Both the position numbers and the translations under genes were made by a program. Below, one piece after another: positions 59,368-64,000 of a DNA stretch of 64,000 nucleotides. The notes under the pieces were generated by a model that did not search any database, was not told the origin of the DNA, and was given only the letters and a program-made list of their open reading frames with translations. Location of the stretch: positions 608,001 through 672,000 of the forward strand of contig OY759316.1 in NCBI GenBank assembly GCA_963662275.1. The letters run 5' to 3'. The DNA comes from Candidatus Cloacimonadales bacterium (GTDB taxonomy: Bacteria > Cloacimonadota > Cloacimonadia > Cloacimonadales > DAONDQ01). Positions within the stretch are counted from its first letter, which is position 1. Every line of letters begins with the position of its first letter.

Positions 59368-62300
59368 TCATCTGTATAAATCTTCTTTTTTTATCCACCA
59401 AGCTTTTTTAGTCCTGGCATATTTGTAGCCAGGCTTTTGGACAGTGCTCCAATGTAATGTTGCTGAATCCCATTCCCTAATTTCATCTGTACTTAATTCC
59501 TGCGGGAATAACTCTAATTGTGAATTTTGTTCTATCAATTTCTTTAGTGGTTTCTTCTTTTCAGGTTCAGGTTCTATTTTTGGTTTATTGGGTTGGTCTG
59601 GTTTTGGAAGAATTGTATCTATTTCCCCATCCTTTTTCTCAGAAGCAGAAGTCGATGGCATAGCTATAGCTTCGTATTGTTCAAGCATTTCCCATAGTGG
59701 TTTTAATGCCTCAATTCGATTTGAATAATATTCTGCACCTCTGACTCTGAAGAAATTCCACCCACACCTTTCCAGAACCTTCTGTCGCATCAAGTCATCC
59801 ATAAATCGTTCAGCATCATGAAATTTGTCGCCATCACACTCTATCGCTATCTTAGTACCATCCTTTAAAAGCACAACTAAATCAATTCTATATCTTCCCT
59901 TGGCTACTTCATATTGAGGTATAACATTATAACCACTATCAACAATATCATTATATACGTCTACTTCAAACCAGCTTTCATAAGGTTGGGGTTGGTTTCC
60001 ATGTTGGCGTGGTACGTTTTTTGTTTCCATAATTTGCTTAGGACGATAATTAAGGAAATGATCAAGTAGCTTATATCGTAAATCATTTGCATTACTCAAA
60101 TCTTCTAACATGACAGAATGAAATAACCAAACTTGGTCTTTTGCTCGACTCATAGCAACATTAAATCTTCTCTCATCATTAGCACCAGTCAATGCAGATC
60201 TCTGATGATTGTGAGCAGTCACCAAACTCAAAAACATGATATCTCGTTCATCTCCCTGAAAACTTGCTGAATTACCACAAATGATCTTTCTTGCGTTAAA
60301 TTCATTTTCCCCTAATTTGCTAATTAATAATCTTTCGATAATCGAAGCTTGTGCGCTCCCCTGTAAAGCTATTACTCCAAATGTTTTTTCGTTATACTCT
60401 GGTTTACTTATTAGTTCTAACATTTTGTTAGCAATACTTTCAGCTTCAACTTTATTTACAATATTCTGACCCTCTCCTTCTTTGTTCCCTGTTTGACAGA
60501 ACTCTGTCATCAGAGGTGGAAGCCTGTTTTCCGAATATTGTCTGAGTGGATAGAGCCCTTTTTTCTCTGGTGAATAAAAGTGCTTATTTGAAAACTCGAT
60601 TATCTCAGGCATACATCTGAAATGTTCCCTCAATACAGTCATACCGTTACATACTACTTTAGCAAAATCGAACAGACTATACTCGATTCCAAATAATTGG
60701 CTTCGAGGAATATCATGTAAATGTTTTACAATGAATGGATCCATTTGATTTTGATTGATACCAACATACTCAGGATTTGTTTGTTTATCGTCACCAACAA
60801 TGATGATATTTTTTGAAATATAAAGCAGGAAAATAGCATCGGCTCCTAATTGACTTGCTTCATCAATTATCACAAAATCATACATTCCCTGCATAGGTGT
60901 TATCGCTTCTGTTACTTTATATAAGGGCATGATCCAACATGGAATTGAATCTTTGCAGTCTTCCATTTCTTTTTGAGCTTGTTTTCTAAATTTTATAGCC
61001 CTTGGACCTCTTCCTGTCTTCCCTATTTTCGCAACAGCTAAAACCCATGCTGATAAATGCTTTCTCAGTTGAGGATTGCTATTCAAACTTTCGAGCACAT
61101 GAAGCCATGCTTTATTTGAGGACAGTTGTGTAATCAATCTTTCTTCCTTAAGATCGAATTCGTTAATTTCATTCGTGAGTTTTTCTTCTATATCGTCTTT
61201 CATAAGCTCTGAAATCATGCTATATGCATGCTTAAAACAGATTGCGCTGTTTAATGATCCTAAATTCTTTGATTCAAAAGTGCCTGACAATATATCTTGA
61301 ACTAATCTCGGGAATGATTGTTTTAATAAATCTTGTAGCTTAATAAAATTATGGTAAGCAATACTCTCATGATTTAGAGTATCAATTTGAGAAAGATGAT
61401 CTGCATAATTTTCACAAACAATATCAGTAAGGTCTTTAATTAAATCCTTTGCTAATGGATGATTTCTTTCATTGGACAAGTACTTGATTGCGAGTTCATA
61501 ATTTCTCTTATATTCCTTTTCAAAAGAAAGCAATCTGCTATGATCAACATAATTGATTGTTTCGTTGATCTTAGCAGTATTCAAATTACCAAAATCCAGA
61601 GCTATGAATGGTTCAATGCGTGATTTCAAATCGTAGGCTGTTTTGAATAGATTCAATAGATTTGATAATTCCTGATTTAATTGAATATATGATTGAATTG
61701 TTTTTGAATATGATTTATCGCTTTTATCGAAGGGATTTGACCAAAGAATATTCAGTTCTGCAATATCCTGCTTAATTCTCAAATCTTCAAGAACAGTTTT
61801 GAATTCTGAAACTGTGTCACATTGACTTCCGTTCACTATTACAGCTTCAATAAAATATAATCTTTCTTTGATATCCTTAGAGAGTAAGTGTTTCTTTAAT
61901 TTGTATATCATCCCAGACAACTTGTTGCCTAAGTTTTGAAAATTAAGCAATGCGAGAGCATCAGCTTTTAACTGGGTTATATCTTTATGATTAGGATAAG
62001 TAATTATGTAATCTCTTTCGAATTCAAGCAATCTCTGTATAGGATGTTCATTGATCAAACTATTTGTTTTCGAGACCCTTTCGCTCCAGTGACCAAGATT
62101 TTTTGGGTAATCATTGATAATTTCAGATTTTAATATGAAAGCAATCCTTTCAATATTGATAAAGACTTCTTTAAGGTCTGATAGGTGATTGAGTAACTGT
62201 TCGTAATCATTGCTTTCAATTATTACATCTCTTGCTTTCCCTTGATATTTTTCTTTTAACGCATTCTGTATTTCACAATATTCCATAAGATTTCTTGCAG

Positions 62301-63999
62301 AAGGCAGCTTTTCTTTCAAGGGGATTCTCAATTCAAATGCTCTACAATCCAAGTTACTGTAATACTTGTGAAGAGAAAACAACTCTTCAATATTCGGTAT
62401 GTAACTGATGTATTTGATATCAGTAATGTCATCGTGGAACCAAGAAAAAATGGATTTATCGTTTTCTAATCTTTCTGCAATATCAATTAACTTTCCCTGG
62501 TAATTACTATTGATAATCTGATTCCGAGTCGATTGTTCTTTAACACTCAGCCATTTATTAGTTGTTTCCGCTTTCTTTTCATTATTATCAGTTAATTTAG
62601 AAGAAAGCTGAGCAATTAGTTTTTTACTTTCTCCAATATTTGCATCAGCAATTTTAGCGTTAATTTCATTCACGCTTGCTTCAAGTTCTTTTACTGATGA
62701 AGAATCTCCGCTTAACAGATTGACTGTCAGACTCTGAAACTCTGGAGGTAACTTATCTTTCAGTACTTCTAAGGCTCTTTTCGTATAAGCAGTCACAAGG
62801 ACTTTTTTCCCATTTGCCAACAAATGACAGATGAGATTAGCTATCGTGTGTGACTTTCCCGTCCCGGGAGGACCTTGAACAAGAACTTTATTGTTCATTC
62901 TTGTTTTTTTAACGATTTCAATTTGCTCATTATTGTATTTTTTAGGGAAATATATAGTATTATCACTCTCTATAAAATGCGTGTTTTCTATACGATCTGG
63001 ATTATCAGGATCATCTTTCGCCTGGTCATCAGTGATAATGTCATTTAGAGAAGGTATATCTATGTTATCAGGAGACGAACTAATTTGAGAAATGATATTA
63101 GCATACATAGCAGTAAAACTTCTTGTATCTCGTTTCCTCATAAGCAGTGCAGGAGCGAAATATACAGTTGGTTCAACTGGTATTACCTTGGGTTTGGCTT
63201 GTTCATTCTTAAATTGACAATCAGCTCTTAATCTTTCGGAAAAAAACTGAATTGTATTGGTAAATTGATTATCAAAGATATCATCAGTTAGTTTTTCATC
63301 ATCAATATGTTGTTTTGTAACATTCTCAGCATCAACGATCGTATTACTGTCGAATTGTGTTGGTAAATCAATAATTGCATCTGTTTCTATCTGGAGTTTA
63401 CCATCAGGACTTGAAGTGACGCAAATATATGTTTCGTTATTTGAAAAATCGAAAGTAACTTCTGCCTTTAAAGTAAATAAATGCCTGCATATTCTTGGCG
63501 TATCATTATTCTCATGAAATGCCAAAAGACCGATACCAAATACTAATTCGAATTCTTCACCGAATTGTTGTACTTTATTGAAAATACTAAAAAACCTTTT
63601 GTAAATTTCACTTTGAAGATCAAACTCACTTTGAAGTTTATTGTATTGGGCACAAACTTCTTTATATGCCCTTCTATCTAACGATAATTGATTGTTAAGA
63701 TATTTCTGAAATTCTGCTACCACTTCCGGTTTTTCCGTTATATTAATCAAAATCCCATCATCTTCAATATTCTGTTTTAAAAATGGTATTTTACTCTCGT
63801 CAATAAGACTTGCAGAATCAATCCATTGAGTAAGGGTTGAACTCAATTTTGGATATGATGGTCGTTGAGGCTCATTTCTGGGTTTGTTTATCTTCAATAA
63901 ATAGTCAGAATCAGAATCATAGTTTGGAAAAGTAAAACAATCAAAAATTTCGACAATGGGAATGTCTGATAACCAAATAATCTCTGGATATTGGGTCTG
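59368..63999 (-). CDS. Large SF1 (UPF1/DNA2-like) helicase with C-terminal Vsr/DUF559-like nuclease; 5' end beyond the window
   Basis: VQGPPGTGKSHTI, IIDEASQ, VGDDKQ, LREHFRC, FQGDERD, RFNVAMSRA, then YESWFE...YRIDLVV...IAIECDGD-FH. The frame stays open to the window end. Confidence 0.88.
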   Translation of the reverse strand, partial: QTQYPEIIWLSDIPIVEIFDCFTFPNYDSDSDYLLKINKPRNEPQRPSYPKLSSTLTQWIDSASLIDESKIPFLKQNIEDDGILINITEKPEVVAEFQKYLNNQLSLDRRAYKEVCAQYNKLQSEFDLQSEIYKRFFSIFNKVQQFGEEFELVFGIGLLAFHENNDTPRICRHLFTLKAEVTFDFSNNETYICVTSSPDGKLQIETDAIIDLPTQFDSNTIVDAENVTKQHIDDEKLTDDIFDNQFTNTIQFFSERLRADCQFKNEQAKPKVIPVEPTVYFAPALLMRKRDTRSFTAMYANIISQISSSPDNIDIPSLNDIITDDQAKDDPDNPDRIENTHFIESDNTIYFPKKYNNEQIEIVKKTRMNNKVLVQGPPGTGKSHTIANLICHLLANGKKVLVTAYTKRALEVLKDKLPPEFQSLTVNLLSGDSSSVKELEASVNEINAKIADANIGESKKLIAQLSSKLTDNNEKKAETTNKWLSVKEQSTRNQIINSNYQGKLIDIAERLENDKSIFSWFHDDITDIKYISYIPNIEELFSLHKYYSNLDCRAFELRIPLKEKLPSARNLMEYCEIQNALKEKYQGKARDVIIESNDYEQLLNHLSDLKEVFINIERIAFILKSEIINDYPKNLGHWSERVSKTNSLINEHPIQRLLEFERDYIITYPNHKDITQLKADALALLNFQNLGNKLSGMIYKLKKHLLSKDIKERLYFIEAVIVNGSQCDTVSEFKTVLEDLRIKQDIAELNILWSNPFDKSDKSYSKTIQSYIQLNQELSNLLNLFKTAYDLKSRIEPFIALDFGNLNTAKINETINYVDHSRLLSFEKEYKRNYELAIKYLSNERNHPLAKDLIKDLTDIVCENYADHLSQIDTLNHESIAYHNFIKLQDLLKQSFPRLVQDILSGTFESKNLGSLNSAICFKHAYSMISELMKDDIEEKLTNEINEFDLKEERLITQLSSNKAWLHVLESLNSNPQLRKHLSAWVLAVAKIGKTGRGPRAIKFRKQAQKEMEDCKDSIPCWIMPLYKVTEAITPMQGMYDFVIIDEASQLGADAIFLLYISKNIIIVGDDKQTNPEYVGINQNQMDPFIVKHLHDIPRSQLFGIEYSLFDFAKVVCNGMTVLREHFRCMPEIIEFSNKHFYSPEKKGLYPLRQYSENRLPPLMTEFCQTGNKEGEGQNIVNKVEAESIANKMLELISKPEYNEKTFGVIALQGSAQASIIERLLISKLGENEFNARKIICGNSASFQGDERDIMFLSLVTAHNHQRSALTGANDERRFNVAMSRAKDQVWLFHSVMLEDLSNANDLRYKLLDHFLNYRPKQIMETKNVPRQHGNQPQPYESWFEVDVYNDIVDSGYNVIPQYEVAKGRYRIDLVVLLKDGTKIAIECDGDKFHDAERFMDDLMRQKVLERCGWNFFRVRGAEYYSNRIEALKPLWEMLEQYEAIAMPSTSASEKKDGEIDTILPKPDQPNKPKIEPEPEKKKPLKKLIEQNSQLELFPQELSTDEIREWDSATLHWSTVQKPGYKYARTKKAWWIKKEDLYR

Positions 64000-64000
64000 T

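Noticed and set aside
695..63088. Numerous short ORFs antisense to or nested in long genes (e.g. 4532-5116, 5309-5908, 28968-29588, 42646-43176)
   Set aside because: Shadow frames of well-supported genes with no recognisable motifs.
48780..64000. Classical integron or attC cassette array
   Set aside because: No tyrosine integrase in the window, and I could not find consistent RYYYAAC...GTTRRRY attC boxes; an IntegronFinder run would settle it.

Overview
AT-rich bacterial chromosome segment, probably FCB superphylum and most likely Candidatus Cloacimonadota (inferred from a FlgD-Ig/CTD protein, FGE-domain proteins and gene content). Housekeeping genes include lepA, an RND pump, a flavin amine oxidase pair, trxB, htrA, mreBCD-mrdA-rodA with an embedded CofE-like ligase, lolC/E, lysS, glnS, lon, nrdJ and a CHASE2 cyclase. 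There are two accessory zones. (1) At 28.6-33.3 kb, a RAYT tyrosine transposase and an McrBC restriction system are separated by three ~211-bp hairpin elements. Each element carries a conserved outward sigma70-like promoter, and two also supply the stop codon of the upstream gene, which suggests a cassette-like array. (2) At 48.8-64 kb lies a defence-type island with a toxin-antitoxin-SecB triplet, a large SF1 helicase-nuclease, an Ntn-hydrolase pseudogene and gene stubs, built around a REP-like repeat family hit by two IS families. Two apparently identical IS110-family copies carry a 3' non-coding region in which all four bridge-RNA guide segments can be read against the observed targets and the donor junction. 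A 31-unit palindromic tandem array at 36.3-37.6 kb is not a CRISPR. No rRNA, tRNA, cas, integron integrase or reverse transcriptase gene was seen. Family assignments come from motif recognition by eye, not database searches.
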